A stretch of DNA of 63,872 bases, filler included, from Collodictyon triciliatum (taxonomy: Eukaryota), in NCBI GenBank assembly GCA_043381765.1. It is 9 parts of 9 records of this genome, joined end to end, with 100 filler letters (N's around TTAATTAATTAA, not from the genome) between each part and the next. Parts side by side here need not be neighbours in the genome. Positions count along the whole stretch, not along the records: positions 35,174 to 42,107 come from JBHJMP010004157.1; positions 42,208 to 53,545 come from JBHJMP010004158.1; positions 53,646 to 60,565 come from JBHJMP010004159.1; 6 more parts are not named here. One strand, 5' to 3'. Position numbers and translations under genes: made by a program. Shown one piece after another: positions 41,401 through 54,700 of the stretch; the first letter of the stretch is position 1; each line of letters starts with the position of its first letter. The notes below the pieces were generated by a model. The model searched no databases, was not told the origin of the DNA, and saw nothing but the letters and a program-made list of their open reading frames with translations.

Positions 41401-42207
41401 TCATAGATCTGACATATCCGGTTGAAACTGACCGTTACATCTGTTTCAGTAAATGAACATATCCCCTGGCCGCTTATGAGGTTGCTTCTCCCAAACTATC
41501 AAGGTGAAGCACCCTCGGGGTTTCATTCATATACATTTACAGAACTGTAGCAGACTACTTTGAAACCATTGAGACCATCTCGCACATTCATTAAAATCGA
41601 TACTTCAAGAATCATATACCAACCTTCCAATTTGATTGAGGGCGGCTATGCACTGGTAAGAATCCTAAATACCCTGAAATTAAAAGGTGCTTGTGCAAAA
41701 GAAGTAACAGGCTTTGCAGAGCTCCACAGCGCTTATTTGATTCTTGTCTTCCAGCGTGCTGTGAGACCTTAAATAATGTGCAGAAAAGTTTTACCTCATA
41801 TTTTTGGAATGACTTTGATGTTGAAATGTTTGAAATTGATCAAAAGAGGAAGACTTTTAGTAAAATTAGTAGAGAATGTTACTTGCACGCAGGCACCGAA
41901 TACTTAAATTGTCAGATATTTACCTGTTATTTAAAGTCACATAAAATACCAATTGTGGTATTGTCTATTAACTGTGTGAAGTAAATATGTTCCCACTTAA
42001 AAGATAAGATTCGTTCTATACAAAAAAATACATAGTATCTTTCAATTAAATTTCGTTACAATATTATGGCTGTTCAGTGGATATTTTACCTCTTCCAATG
42101 ACCTTGANNNNNNNNNNNNNNNNNNNNNNNNNNNNNNNNNNNNNNNNNNNNTTAATTAATTAANNNNNNNNNNNNNNNNNNNNNNNNNNNNNNNNNNNNN
42201 NNNNNNN

Positions 42208-45200
42208 TGCGGAATACCACTTGGTTGGTGACTACAACGAATAAATAGTTGGTATTGTGCTGATATAAAATCGATACATTAATGCATGCAGAGCAGCAGA
42301 TTCTCACCCAAGTCGATGATGTTGATGTCTTCAAGAACTTCGCCTTGCTTCATCCCTCCGAATATGTGCAGCTGGTTCGCAAAGTGTCCGTATGCAAACC
42401 TCTGTCTTGCAAAGTCACATATGCCTCCCTCTTCGTCGCACTCCACACACTTTTGCACAGAGACCGTGATGGACCCAACTTGGGTCTTCTTGTCTGAGGG
42501 AGGAACCATAGAAAAGAACGGCAATTAATTACAAGGGGTTTGAACATCATAGTTTGCGAACGAGACAGCTTTTGATTAATCAAGAATCTCGAACCCATAT
42601 CAAACGCGATGATTTGATTGCTATCTCGGAGTCTATCGGTTCCTCCAAAGAGAATCATCTTGTTATTGTAAATCAACATAGACCCGAATGCCAGGTGCAC
42701 GTCGTTTCCAAAAAAATCAAGCAAGCTCCATTTGTCGATATCTAGTAATTTTAAAGCAAAGAACATTTTTCAGAATGAAAATAAAAGAATAAAAGAAAGA
42801 AAAGAAAGAGATTGAAAGAGAAAAGAAAGAGAAAAGAAAAAGAAAAGAAAGAGAAAAGAAAGAGAAAAGAAAGAGAAAAGAAAGAGAAAAGAAAGAGAAA
42901 AGAAAGAGAAAAGAAAGAGAAAAGAAAGAGAAAAGAAAGAGAAAATACAGTGACCAGACAGGAAAGGTTTAAAATTTGTGAGCCTATCCACCTGGTTCGT
43001 ATTTGTACCCCAAACTGCTTGTCTCTCCATTTCTCTATGCAAAAGAAAGGAATTATGTCATGTCATTACATTTGTTAATTGCATAAAAATTTTCTGTGAA
43101 TCCAGCAAATTACATCCATTCCCCCATGGATATATACTGCATTCCCTTTGCTAGCGCATTGTGACCCAACCACTTGTATTTCCCTTGGTGCTTTCCCTTT
43201 GCGAATCCATCGCTTTGCAGACGGACTCATCAAGTAAGCGTGCTCGTCGGTTTCCTTTGTTTGACCTCCCACCAAAACACCATACTTTTCCATCCCGATA
43301 AGACAAAAGTGAACTCTCGGAGATGGAACATCTCCCTCCATCGATATGCGATTCCACTCAGACTCCACTACATGGTTAGTTGATTTCATCCTCATAATTT
43401 GATAATCAAACCATATGATGGTTTCCATTCAATCGTATAATTACAACAAGACTAACCTGGACTGCCTGTAGAGTACACTGTATTCATTTGATGGTACTTG
43501 CTAAAGTCTCTCACATCCGAAGATAAGCTTCCACCTGCAACAAATATGTTCGACCCAATCACGCAGCCGCCTCCATATATGATTGGTGGTAGTTGCTTCG
43601 ACAGCTCGACAGATTCGCTTTGTTTCAATTCGTGGATGTCTATAAACATCCAGACTGTTATATATTCAATAAAGTTGATAAAAATAAGCAAATAAACAAC
43701 CGAAGACTGCGTTCTCAGACCTGCCACCATGGTGTCTTCTTTAACATCATAGATGCAGCTCCTCTATGTTATACAGCCCACAAGGTCAATATCTCGGATT
43801 GCCAATATAATATTGTTTTGCAAGAACCTGGTTTTGAAGTGGCTGACGTGAGTTCGAAGGACATGCGATGCAGTCTCCTCGGAAGTTGACATAGCGGTCT
43901 GCATCGCAGAAGCATCCCTCCAAGTTTGCATCAAAGCCGTCCTTGCACACTGCGCATGTCAAGCAGTTAAACTAGTTAATTCTTGACAATACAAAACGAT
44001 AGCATTTCGCATCATTCAACAACATTTTAATCAAATTTTTTACATAGGAGCTTCATTTCGAATCCTTGAGCGGGTATCCCATCCTCTGTAACACTCATGA
44101 TTAGTCTTGAGTTCGACGACGGTATCTTGATAACGCTTCCTTGCTCCATTTCAACCAGTGATATCTGCTCGTCATAATTGAGATTGAATATGAAACAAGA
44201 GCATAAGTAGCTTCGTAAAAATGTATATTCCAAAGCACCTTGTCGCTGCGTGTGTTCTTGTAGTATATGCCTTCGTCACAGTCGGATGCAGACTCTATTG
44301 TGAGTGATGCACCGACTCCAAAGTCCATCTTATAAACCTAAGTCCCAAAACAGTAACTATCAAGTTGAAAGATCTCTTCTGTGTATGCAGTATACTGGTA
44401 TATCAGCTTGATCGCTTTTTCAATATCATAATTTAAATGCTATGCTTACGATTGCAAAGTTTGCCTCTAGTATCCTCCATTCACATCGAGTATTCGGGAA
44501 ATACAGGAAATCTCCGCTTCCATCACTCACAAAGATGTCTTCGCTTCTAACAGTATTCGTACCACGGCACCAAAGCTCGTCTACAAACCAACCAATTTTT
44601 AATTTTATGAAACACACTTTCTTCCTTGAATTCAATAAAGGAAAAAATAAAGGAAAAAATGGGAGCATACTTTCCTCGTGATTTAGGGATTGATGGGTTG
44701 CATAGAAAATTAATATTCACAGAATTGTGTCCTTACTGAGTTTCAGGGTATAGATAGGGCTTTTTGGTCCGCCGTAGTCCTTCCCACCAAGCATAAAGAT
44801 GGTTCCCGAAACAATAATTGATGTCGAGTGATACAGTAGTCGTGGCGCTTTGCTCTGTCCTTCGATTTTAGCCCATACACCAGTTGCCACTATGGTGCAT
44901 GATGTCTTAGTTGTCTATCACAAATATTGCCATCTCAAATGCATATTTGGTTTGGAGGTAACAAAGACATACAGTCATATATACGAAACTCATTCAAGTT
45001 GTTTCCGTCCATGTCGAAGCCGCCAAAAGTAAACAGACTTGTAGAGAATCCTAGTAGCGTAGCTTCGTCTGCGATATCATCATCAACGAGTCCAGTTCTA
45101 TCCCATCGCATCGAGTCTGTAAAGGTTAGTGAATTATATAATTAAATAACGTTTACGAGGATGAATTGACAAAACTGTGTTTCCAAAATAAACTCTCATT

Positions 45201-48200
45201 CCATCGTCTCGCTTGAGTTGAATGAAAGAATAAAAAACAAACCTTCATCAAAGCACCAAATCTCCCTCTGTCCATCACTCACATCTAAAATGTAGGTATC
45301 CATAAAGCAAAACTGATTGTTGATTGAGACGCCACGCGGATGTTGCCGGCTGATGGGTGTGTTTTGAGTATCACTGAGTATTCTTCCGCTCTCGTCACTC
45401 ATCTCATACTCAAAAATCGAGCCCGAAGCCTCTATGCCGTTTGTATTTATCCCTCCCCATATCATCACTCTTGTTCCAACCACAAGGCTCGCTGAAAAGT
45501 ATCGGACTCCACATTCTTGAAATGATGAGTCAAGTCCCGCTATGCTTGTCCAAATCCTCTTTGCTTTTATTTTTAATTTTGGGTATTACTTATTTTTGTT
45601 ATAATTGCTTATTTCTCTCTGAGTTTGTTAAATACATGAATAATCACATAGTATGGCATTCATTTTTCATGCTTACCAATCGAATATCTCCGAAAAATGG
45701 GCTCCTGATAACCGGGATAAATTCCACCAATAACAAATAGAGCTCCCTGGTGGTGACCAAATGCCTGTTGATTTTTATTTTTATTTTTATTTTATTTTAT
45801 TTTATTTTTTTTGCTATTATTCTTCCTTTCAATTTTGTGCAGGATGGTGAAAATGCTGGCAAAAATGCCTGTTGATACAGTTACATTCGTAAACCTCTTT
45901 GATAGGTCATGAATTTCCGGGTAATCGATATTTGCATTCAAAATAAGTATACTTCACTAAATTTGATATGAACATGGAATAAAATGATTATACTGCATGT
46001 AACACTGCTGGTGCGCAGTCTGGGTTGGATGGATGGCATACGGATTCTGCTTCAAGTCTTTCCCATCGCTCTTCAGCTGAGTCGCAAGATATCGGTACGT
46101 AAGGAACAGCACGCCATAAGTTTTCTTTTGAAAATCATGATTACACGATAGTTTCGATTTTCAGATATGCAAACCGATATGATGGAGCCATAGGTCATTG
46201 ATAGGCATCTCTATTTGCTGCGCTATCCTTCCACCAAACATCGCTATCGTGGCATTATCTACCGCAGCTATGTGTGGATGTGTTCTGCCGAGTGGGTATC
46301 GAGGCAAGCTGCTGTCAATCCACTCCAGTGATTCTGTGGCAATATCAGCAAAGGTTATATCAAAGTATGTATTGCTTTCCTCTTACTATTTCCAATGACA
46401 AAAAGCTCATATATTGAATCCAATTTTGTGTAAGACATGAATATTTCATCTCATTAAGAACAAATGAAATAGATAATGGAAAGTCTGCTTGAGATACCTG
46501 CATCAAAAACCCAAAAATCAGTTAAACTATGTATTGTTCTACCAGAGATGATATGCATCTTATTTTTAATGACAATCGAATTTATATAGTAGCGCGGAGA
46601 TGGTGCGATGATAGGATATTGTGTTTCGTAGTCGGGAATAGGAGATGTGATTATTTCGGCTGTCCCTTTATCTATAGTTTGATTAGTATGCTAATGAACA
46701 TTTTCATTACTGATAAAACGACATAATTAGAACGTCAATATTGTTTTATGAGGTACCAAATACCTATTTCGATGACTACCACGTCGTTTGTAAATGTCGC
46801 TTGGAAGTCAGAGGTGCCGCCAAAAACTAGCAATTTATCCTCAAATACTGAGGCTGCTCCATTGGCGATAAATCGAATACCATCAAAAGCAATTGGTACG
46901 GTCCATTCGTAGGTTGCTAGTTGGAGTTTTTTTATTTATTGAAAATATTAAGATTTTTTATTTTAATCAAAAATAGAAAATGTAAAGAATTCCAGATAAC
47001 TATCTTTTAAAATTCATATGATATTTACTCAGATTGAACATGTAGAAGTTCGATTGGTAGTTGTAATATATATCACATCCTCCAAACAAGACCAAAGAGT
47101 CTCTGTAAAGGGCCATTTGCGTATATATTAATAAAGCTGCATTATCCTCGTTTTCTGGCTTTGTCCTTATTCTTTTCCAAACTCTCGTTTCTACCAAATA
47201 AAGATCGGTAGGTTGAAGATTAAATACATGCATTTGATTACTTTTCAAGCTTATTTGATGTATTAAAATCCAAAAAAATCATATCATGGAAATGAACCTG
47301 TGTCGAATGACCAGAACAGATATTCAAGATACCCATTTGAGCCTCCATAAACGTATATGATATCGTTAAATGCTGCACAATTCATGTTCTCAACAGGTCG
47401 AGGTATACTTGAAGAATCATATTCGATTTTTTCCCATTTGAATGTGTCCAAATTCAGAGAGTACATATCGTTTAACCCAACAAACCCAGCCCAGGAGCGT
47501 CCGCCAAAAAGATATAGCTATATAAAAGGACATTAAAGAAAAGGAATATGCATTCGACAGTGAAGTAATAAATATAGTATTAGCATTCGAAATTATAAAT
47601 GGTACCTTGTTTCTGATAATACTCGTGCAATAAAAGAATCTTCTCTCTGGTATCTCTCCTTTTGTCATAACCCACGACCATTCAAGATTCGCTGTTATAT
47701 AATTGTTACTCAGACTGAATTTAAGTCAGGAAAAAAGTGTGTACAGAAAAAGACTCACATGAATTCAGAATCCATAGTCGCTCGAAAATTGGAATGTTCG
47801 CTTGGTACTCGAGGCTGGCTCTTCGTTTTATCAAGATTTTATATAAGTGATAGATTAATGATTCCAGGTGATTGGTTACAACGCAGTTAAAAAAAGGGAC
47901 TAAGTTACTGGAGCGTTCATAAAACTATATTTTCATAATCATAATATTATAGGATTAAAGTTACTCGTCACCCAGAACATAAACCAGCTCGTCCCGTGAG
48001 GCGATGTACCCACCACAGAATCCCAATGGCTCGTTTGAAGAATAGTGCCAGTCTATGAGCCGCATGCAAATGATGAGAACGAAACAAAAAAAACATGCGT
48101 ATGTCATGCTCTGTTGGAAGGTGGCAGACCGCCGAGCGTTGTTGCAGCTGCCAAACAAATGAAGCAGACTCCGAGACCAAGGCAAAGCGCCACGAAAGAG

Positions 48201-48220
48201 ACTTCAGGAGCCGACCTCAT
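42208..48220 (-). CDS. Large secreted/surface protein with many Kelch repeats, a CUB domain and a Cys-rich segment (attractin/MEGF8-like architecture); 3' end truncated
   Basis: Signal-like MRSAPEVSFVALCLGLGVCFICLAAA; repeated Kelch motifs (LYLFGG, IYVYGG, LVLFGG, VMIWGG); CUB start SDGSGDFLYFPNTRCEWRI; CAVCKDG..CFC..CIACP. The 5' exon chain I checked joins in phase. Confidence 0.82.
45773..45862 (-). mobile_element. Micro-insertion of LINE 3' end with (TAAAA/TAAAAA)n tail and perfect 14-bp TSD
   Basis: TSD AAATGCCTGTTGAT at 45759-45772 and 45863-45876; body TTCTTCCTTTCAATTTTGTGCAGGATGGTG matches ~15782-15811. Confidence 0.85.
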
Positions 48221-48361
48221 CTTGAGAATGTAATATCGGGTGTGGAAACCAAAGGAATAGGCGCTAGACCTGTTTTAGTAAAGTGGCGGGTGTGATCGAT
48301 AAGTAGGAGTAAGTGGCGTAAAAAATCACAAAAAAGAGATCTGGCATGTTTGCTTCATTCG

Positions 48362-49140
48362 CACTCTTTATTTATTGTCGTTATCCTATTTGTGGAAGTT
48401 GGTGAATTTGTTGACCTTGGCTCGCTGGCCATCGTTTACATGGACGCAACTTGGTGGCCGGGTGGCGGAGAAGTAGCCGGTAATCAGGAATTCCATCCTG
48501 CGGTTTGGCCTGTAGCCTGGGTCTTGTGCTTGCATGAGAGATACAAGGCGATGTTTAATCTCCTTCTCGGCCTATTTCCACATGTCCCTCTCACACGGTC
48601 TGAGTAGTAGAGAACGCGCAGGTGGCGAAGGTAGCTGTTGAGGAAAGAGATTTGTATGATGTCATTCAGCCTATTATCAGGAATGGATGGCTGGTTGTTG
48701 AGTCTTGTTTTGCGTGAGTATATGCGTGCTATCCACACAGTCCATAGCAAATGGCCTCGCGTCACTGCCCATAATGTTTTTGCATCTGGGCGCAGCTGTT
48801 GCAGAGGCCCAAATATCGCCTGGATTGGGCCAACAGCTGCAGCCGTCTTGAGTGTCAGTCGAAGAATCTCGCCGGCTGTTCCGCGCAGGTTTTGAGCGAA
48901 GGGACATTGCACAAATGTGTGCTCAATGGATTCATCACCGTTGATGCAAAGTGTGCATTGTTGGGAGACTTTGCCAGCTTTTGCCGCGCGTGTGCCTATC
49001 CATAGCTCCCTATTGATGATATTAAGCATTAGAGAGCGGTGATTTGGAAGGACTTGCGGGGTTCGTGCTTGTCTCCAGCTCGCGGTGAGCGGGGTGTGGG
49101 TGATGCCCAGTGTTTCTCCCCACCGTTGATGCTTTGACTT
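48362..49140 (-). mobile_element. 5'-truncated L1/Tx1-like LINE: ORF2 C-terminus (zf-RVT) and 3' UTR
   Basis: CTLCINGDESIEHTFVQCPFA (CxxC..E...H....C) and LWTVWIAR motifs typical of L1/Tx1 ORF2 C-termini; possible degenerate TSD TTTGCTTCATTCG / TTTGCTTTTCATCCG. Confidence 0.85.
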
Positions 49141-49397
49141 TTTGCTTTTCATCCGTGGTTATTGAAAGAAAGGTATTCGATAATTCTTGAATACATGATT
49201 TTTTATGATTTTGCTCAAATAAACAAAATGGTTTTGTGTATAAGTGCGCAAATAATTCTGCACGCATAACATCATATGAACTATTACCAAGCAAGCAACT
49301 GCTTTTGCCACAAGCCGAACGCAGACGCCTTTTGCTGACTCACAAAGAAGCACAAGACACACAGACGATTGGAGGAGGCTGAGCCGCAGACTTTGGA

Positions 49398-50684
49398 ATG
49401 CAGACGAGCGCAGCAGCCACGCCAGAGCTGGAGTATTTGTCTCCAGCAAGCAGACGAGAGATCAAACACCTCAGCGACGCGAACTGGGTAAGTGTGCCGC
49501 CATGGCTCTTTTGTCCATCAGCCTTTCTCTCTGGCTGGACTTAAAAAAAGAAATGAAGCGAAGTAAAGCCAAAACAAAACGAAAAAAAATGAAAAGGAAT
49601 AAAGCGGCAATACGAGTCTGCCTGAGAGCGAAAGGTAGGAAACGTAGGAAAAGGATTTCGGCAGGTGTGCTCTAAAGGTTGGTTTATGTAGGAAGAAATC
49701 ACCTCTGCTTCTCCAAGGGCAAAGAGAGTAAAACTTTCTCACCAGAAGATAGAGGCCATCGACCCGGCACCCATTCCTGCAAACACCACGATTCACGTAC
49801 ATGCACAAATCCTTTCTTTTTTCTTTTCCTTTTTCTTTTTTCCTTTTTCTTTTTCTTTTTTCTTTTTTCTTTTTTCTTTTTTCTTTTTTCTTTTTTCTTT
49901 TTTCTTTTTTCTTTTTCTTTTTTCTTTTTTCTTTTTTCTTTTTTCTTTTTTCTTTTCGTCATCGATATCCCATCCTCTAATCTTCTCAACCCCATGCCAT
50001 TTCCACCGATCAGGCTATTGATTTGGGCTGCAACTACATCAGCTCTGTTCATCCGCTGGGTCTGCGCCCGTTCGAAGGGCTTGTTGAATTGACGCTGCAT
50101 TGCAACAACCTGACTGAGGTCCCAAACTTATCTGCATCTCCCAAGCTGCGACGCCTTATTCTGAGCCACAACAAAATCCGACGCATCACCAATCTCCATC
50201 TCGTGCCTCATCTAGAGGAACTCGACCTTCGAGCAAATCACATACAACACATCCAGGGACTGGATTCCAATACACACTTGCGCGAGTTTGCCATCAACTT
50301 TTTATTACATATGTTTATATTCTATCACATCACCCTATAGCTTATTCCTGATGCCATTATTTACGAGCAGCATCGTTTCGTCCCTTTAGGTTGACGCTCT
50401 CCTGCAATATCATCGAGTCTATATCTGGCCTTCCAGCATTGCCTCATCTGCAATCACTTGGTCTCTTTGCCAATTTGATCCACAATCTGGATGAAACTCT
50501 CCAGGTGCTGTCAGTAAATGCACAAAATCTTAAGTCTCTCTTTATCGGCGGGAATCCATCAACTGCTGTTGTCTCCGATTACGCCTTTCATCCGGCACAG
50601 TCCAATCGGCTATGGCGTTATGTATCCACTGTCAAGTCGACACTGAAGTCTGTTGATTACCTAGATGGAAGGAAGCTTTTCTAA
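49398..50684 (+). CDS. Leucine-rich repeat protein (SDS22-like LRRs), 4 exons
   Basis: LVELTLHCNNL, LRRLILSHNKIRRITNL, LEELDLRANHIQHIQGL, LFIGGNP and the LRRcap-like end YLDG; first exon tentative. Confidence 0.85.
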
Positions 50685-51286
50685 AATGCAGAGAGAGAAA
50701 GAAAATATGATAGGAAAATAAAAAAAATCTGAAAAAAAAAACCCTTCCCTCCCTTGAATCGAATAAAGGAAAAAATGATAGGAAAATAAACTCTAATGCT
50801 CTATCTCCCGATTGATATGGAATAATAGCCAATGTTCGTTTACTTGATTGTAATTATTTTTAATACCGTGGTAACTTTTTTAAATTTTTATTTAATAAAA
50901 TTGCAGATATAAATTGCCATTCATGATATGCTTCGCCTCTGGATTCATTTATAATTGAATATCAGTCAAACAAACACTCCTGAATAGCTTTCAAGTAAAC
51001 CTTCAAGCATATCAATTGCGGTGAGTGTTGGTGTAGAATGTACGATTTATTTTAGGTTATTTACTCCTAAGGGAAGAAAAAAATAAGGAAATCTAGAGAA
51101 GATATGGGAAAAGGAAAGGCAAGTATTGAATCGTTCGTTGGGAATAAAAGGATTGTGTAAGTAGTGATGTCGCCTCGCACTTTTTTCTGTAATAGAAATA
51201 GAGAAGAAAAAGGACATAGCTGTGGCATTCCAATTTTATCTGTCGTGCATGCAACCATTCATTCCAACCCATGTGATTGGATGTAG

Positions 51287-52657
51287 TCAGCAACAACTCT
51301 TTCTAGCTCTTGGGGGTTGCGGGCTGGTTTTGATATCGATGGTAGATTGTGAATTGCTGGTTTGCCCCTTTGGTTTCTTATGCGGGACGCTATAGCTTCG
51401 TCGGGGAGAGACATCTTGAACATTTTCAGCTGCATGCAGAAGCAAGTATTAGCTCCTCAAGAGCATCGAAGGTAATAAACCGAGTAAAGCAAAAGATATA
51501 TTGGGTGACGAACCTATTGTAACAAAGACATTTTCAACATTGGTGCTGGCCATCGCGCTTGTCTCTATATAGAATGCACCAATTTCTTGTGCGTAAGTAG
51601 AAGCAATATCCGATTGAACAGCTCTTTCGGATTCAAGGTCTAGCTTATTGCCTGCCAGAACCATTACGGCATGGTCGGGTCCGGATATACGGAATTCCTT
51701 TACCCATAGCTTTGCTGATTCGAAAGACGTCTTTTGAAAAAGTAAGATCACCGTTATTAGGCAAAAGAAAAATGTGTAAACCAAAATATTAGAAAAAATG
51801 TAATATTGTATAAATTTGGTGCACGAAATGAAGAAGATATTCGATTGAGAAACAAGTCAAAACATGTTATAGAGATGAGTAGAAGCTCGAATGGATTACG
51901 GTGCTGGTTAGGTCAAAGACGATCACCACAGCACGAGTGTCTCTGTAATACATCGGAGCCAAACTTCGATATTGTATACACCGAATAGATGTATGATTCA
52001 GCCAATATTTTGATGATATATTCATTCAGCACAGATGGTCAGCAGTAATGAAGATGCATAAAATAGAGTCCGTGTCATTTAATCATTATGTAATTTTGTA
52101 ACAATATTTGATATATTACATATTTATATAAAGCAATTATGCAAAATACGATAATAAAGGAAGGTGTATGGAAGATGGACTGGTATTTTCTTGTCCAGCA
52201 GTATCCCACAATTGAAATTCGAAAACTCCGTTTGATGCAGTATAATTACGCTTCATGTAAGCAGCCCTAAACCATACAAACAAAATATATGTACCATGAG
52301 ATTACTTCATTGCAATCTTAATTAAAAAAAAATTCCTTTATTCGATTCAAAGAATCTTAATGAAAAATTATAAGAAAATTAGAAAGTGCTTAATAGAAGC
52401 TAAATTCCGAAAAAAAATGAAAAAGAGTATGGGCTATTTAGGGTGGTGGATATGGGAAACGAGAGTGATCCACAGAAAGGTTTTTTGAAAGAAAGAAAAA
52501 GAATATATGGACAGAACCCGATGGTTGGCGTAGTCAGCCCGATGCTGCCGTTAACAAAGTTTTCTGCGAGACATGTTTTCCCCACCCCGCAGGCTCCAAG
52601 TAGGACAACTTTGATCTCCTGGGTTACCGCAGTGTCTTGAAGGAAGTTGGATGCCAT
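51287..52657 (-). CDS. Rab GTPase, Rab5/21/22-like, 5 exons, C-terminal CC
   Basis: KVVLLGACGVGKT, PTIGAAY, WDTAGQEKYRSLAPMYYR, GNKLDL, ETSA, ...KSCC*. Confidence 0.92.
51974..52186 (-). other. AT-AC intron (213 nt, phase 1) in the Rab gene
   Basis: CAA GAA A|ATACCAGT...GTGTATAC|AA TAT CGA restores the conserved GQEKYRSLAPMYY. Confidence 0.8.
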
Positions 52658-54342
52658 TCTTCAGACTTGTCTGATGTGCCAAAGTCTCACAAAATAAGTT
52701 CACCAATTAAATAAAGTATATGCTTTATTATTCTTTTGTAGAGAGGTAATTATTTTCTGGTTTTTTTTTCTCTAAACTTTCGAGGCCGGAAAAATTACTC
52801 AGAGAATGTGGGATTAAGAGACAGAAAAGATAAAAAAAGAGAGAAGGGAAAGAGGCCAGCCAGCAAATGGTGAGTATCTCTATTAATTGTTTCGATTTCA
52901 GGCTAGGAAATCGGATTGCAAGAAGGAAGCAATAATAAAAAATAAATAAAAAAATTTAAAAAAAAAAGCCATTTGTCTTTAGGCTTTCGGGTGTTTTACT
53001 TCTGCTTGCGCTTCTGATCTGCTTTGCTTCTTGGGAGTCGATCACCCAACCCAGGTTTGTTTGTTTTCTTTGTGATAATTATGACACGCAGGCCGATTCC
53101 CTTTGGTTAAACTTTTCTAGCTAATTAAGGGTTATATAACTTATATAAAAAGTCATCACAACATTTTCTCTTAATCTGGAAAATATTCTGAACTAGAACA
53201 GCTGCGTCTGCGGGTGAGAATCTGCTTGTGTGGCTCAGACAGCACTCTGATAACAAGAATAGTGAGTCTCGCAGAGGAGGAAAGGCTCCAGTTGGTCGTA
53301 GCTATGGAAAACTTTCATATGATTCGGTATTCAAGGTGACACTTAGCGCGCTGTATTTCATTACGCGCTCCAGATCTCCAGCTAAAAAAAAAGAAAATTT
53401 TTGCTGAAAGCGCCCAGGAGTAAACAATCCGCCTGGTGTTTTTTTTTTCTTTTCTTTTCTCTTCTTTTCTTTTCTTTTCTTTTCTTTTCTTTTCTTTTCT
53501 TTTCTTTTCTTTTCTTTTCTTTTCTTTTCTTTTCTTTTCTTTTCTNNNNNNNNNNNNNNNNNNNNNNNNNNNNNNNNNNNNNNNNNNNNTTAATTAATTA
53601 ANNNNNNNNNNNNNNNNNNNNNNNNNNNNNNNNNNNNNNNNNNNNAAAAGAAAAGAAAAAAAGAAAAGAAAAAAAGAAAAGAAAAAAAGAAAAGAAAAAA
53701 AGAAAAGAAAAAAAGAAAAGAAAAAAAGAAAAGAAAAAAAGAAAGAAAAAAAGAAAAGAAAAAAAGAAAAGAAAAAAAGAAAAGAAAAAAAGAAAATAGA
53801 AAAATAGGCCACCTTATTCCTTGTGTATTCGTCCGGGACACGTTGACGTTGGGTCAACCAAAGTTGGTACTCTCTACATATTGAAATAATTATTTCTTTC
53901 ATTCCTGAATTGCATCTTGATTTTATGACATAACATTACACATCAGTACTAAAAGTTTGGAAACATTAAGAATCATGCAAAGCGTTGGAAGAAATGGGGA
54001 CATGGAAGGGCGGTAAGAATCCCTGCCCTGCTAAACATATTGATCAAAAGCCTAATCAACGATAAGCCATACTCTTTCCTGATCCAAGAACGAGCCGGAA
54101 AGTAATTGTTGAGGAGGAATGCGGAGCCTTCACTGGGTCCAGTCTTGGCGAGTGGAAGCGTGTGGCGCTTGCCCTTCTTCGACATCCTGTGGGCCATTGT
54201 TCCGAGTGTGAGAAGTACGGAAAGACTGAAAGGAAAAGAAAAAAAAAAGAAGGAAAGAAGATAAAGGAAAGCCTCTCGTTGTATTTCCCCCTCTATCTTG
54301 TTTTTTTTCTTTATTTCCTCCAGAGCCGACAAACGCGAGCAA

Positions 54343-54700
54343 ATGAAGACTCTTTCGATGCAGGGCCCTTTCTTTGGCGATTTGCGCAAGGCCAGGGATG
54401 TGTCACACGCCAGCCTCCACGAGCCTGAGTTGGTTGATCAACTCCCTTTGATGGGCGCTTCGGCATTTGAGCTTGGAAGATTCAATGAAAATTTGGATGT
54501 GTGGAGGTACCAATGCAGCTTATCACCCACCGTATTGCGTGCATCGCCCGCATGTTGCTCCTGTCAATTGGTGCCTGTGTTCGAGGCTCTCTGGGAGTCA
54601 GAACCCAAGCGAGAAATGGATGCGGCGCATCGAAGAAACAGGCCAGAAAACTCTTCTCATTCTCATGAACCCCACAATACGCATGTGTCCGTCAAGTTCG
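54343..54700 (+). CDS. Possible small hypothetical gene
   Basis: GC-richer open reading with GT donors; no family recognised. Confidence 0.25.

Noticed and set aside
37800-41800. Stop-codon reassignment or U-to-C editing (TAA/TAG as Gln, TGA as Arg/Trp)
   Set aside because: Identified genes end at TAA, TAG and TGA and have no internal stops; stop density in most frames here is near random for AT-rich DNA.
48050-48130. Possible GC-AG introns in the Kelch first intron and in SNAPC3 (~56935-56985)
   Set aside because: In-phase GT-AG alternatives explain both junctions.
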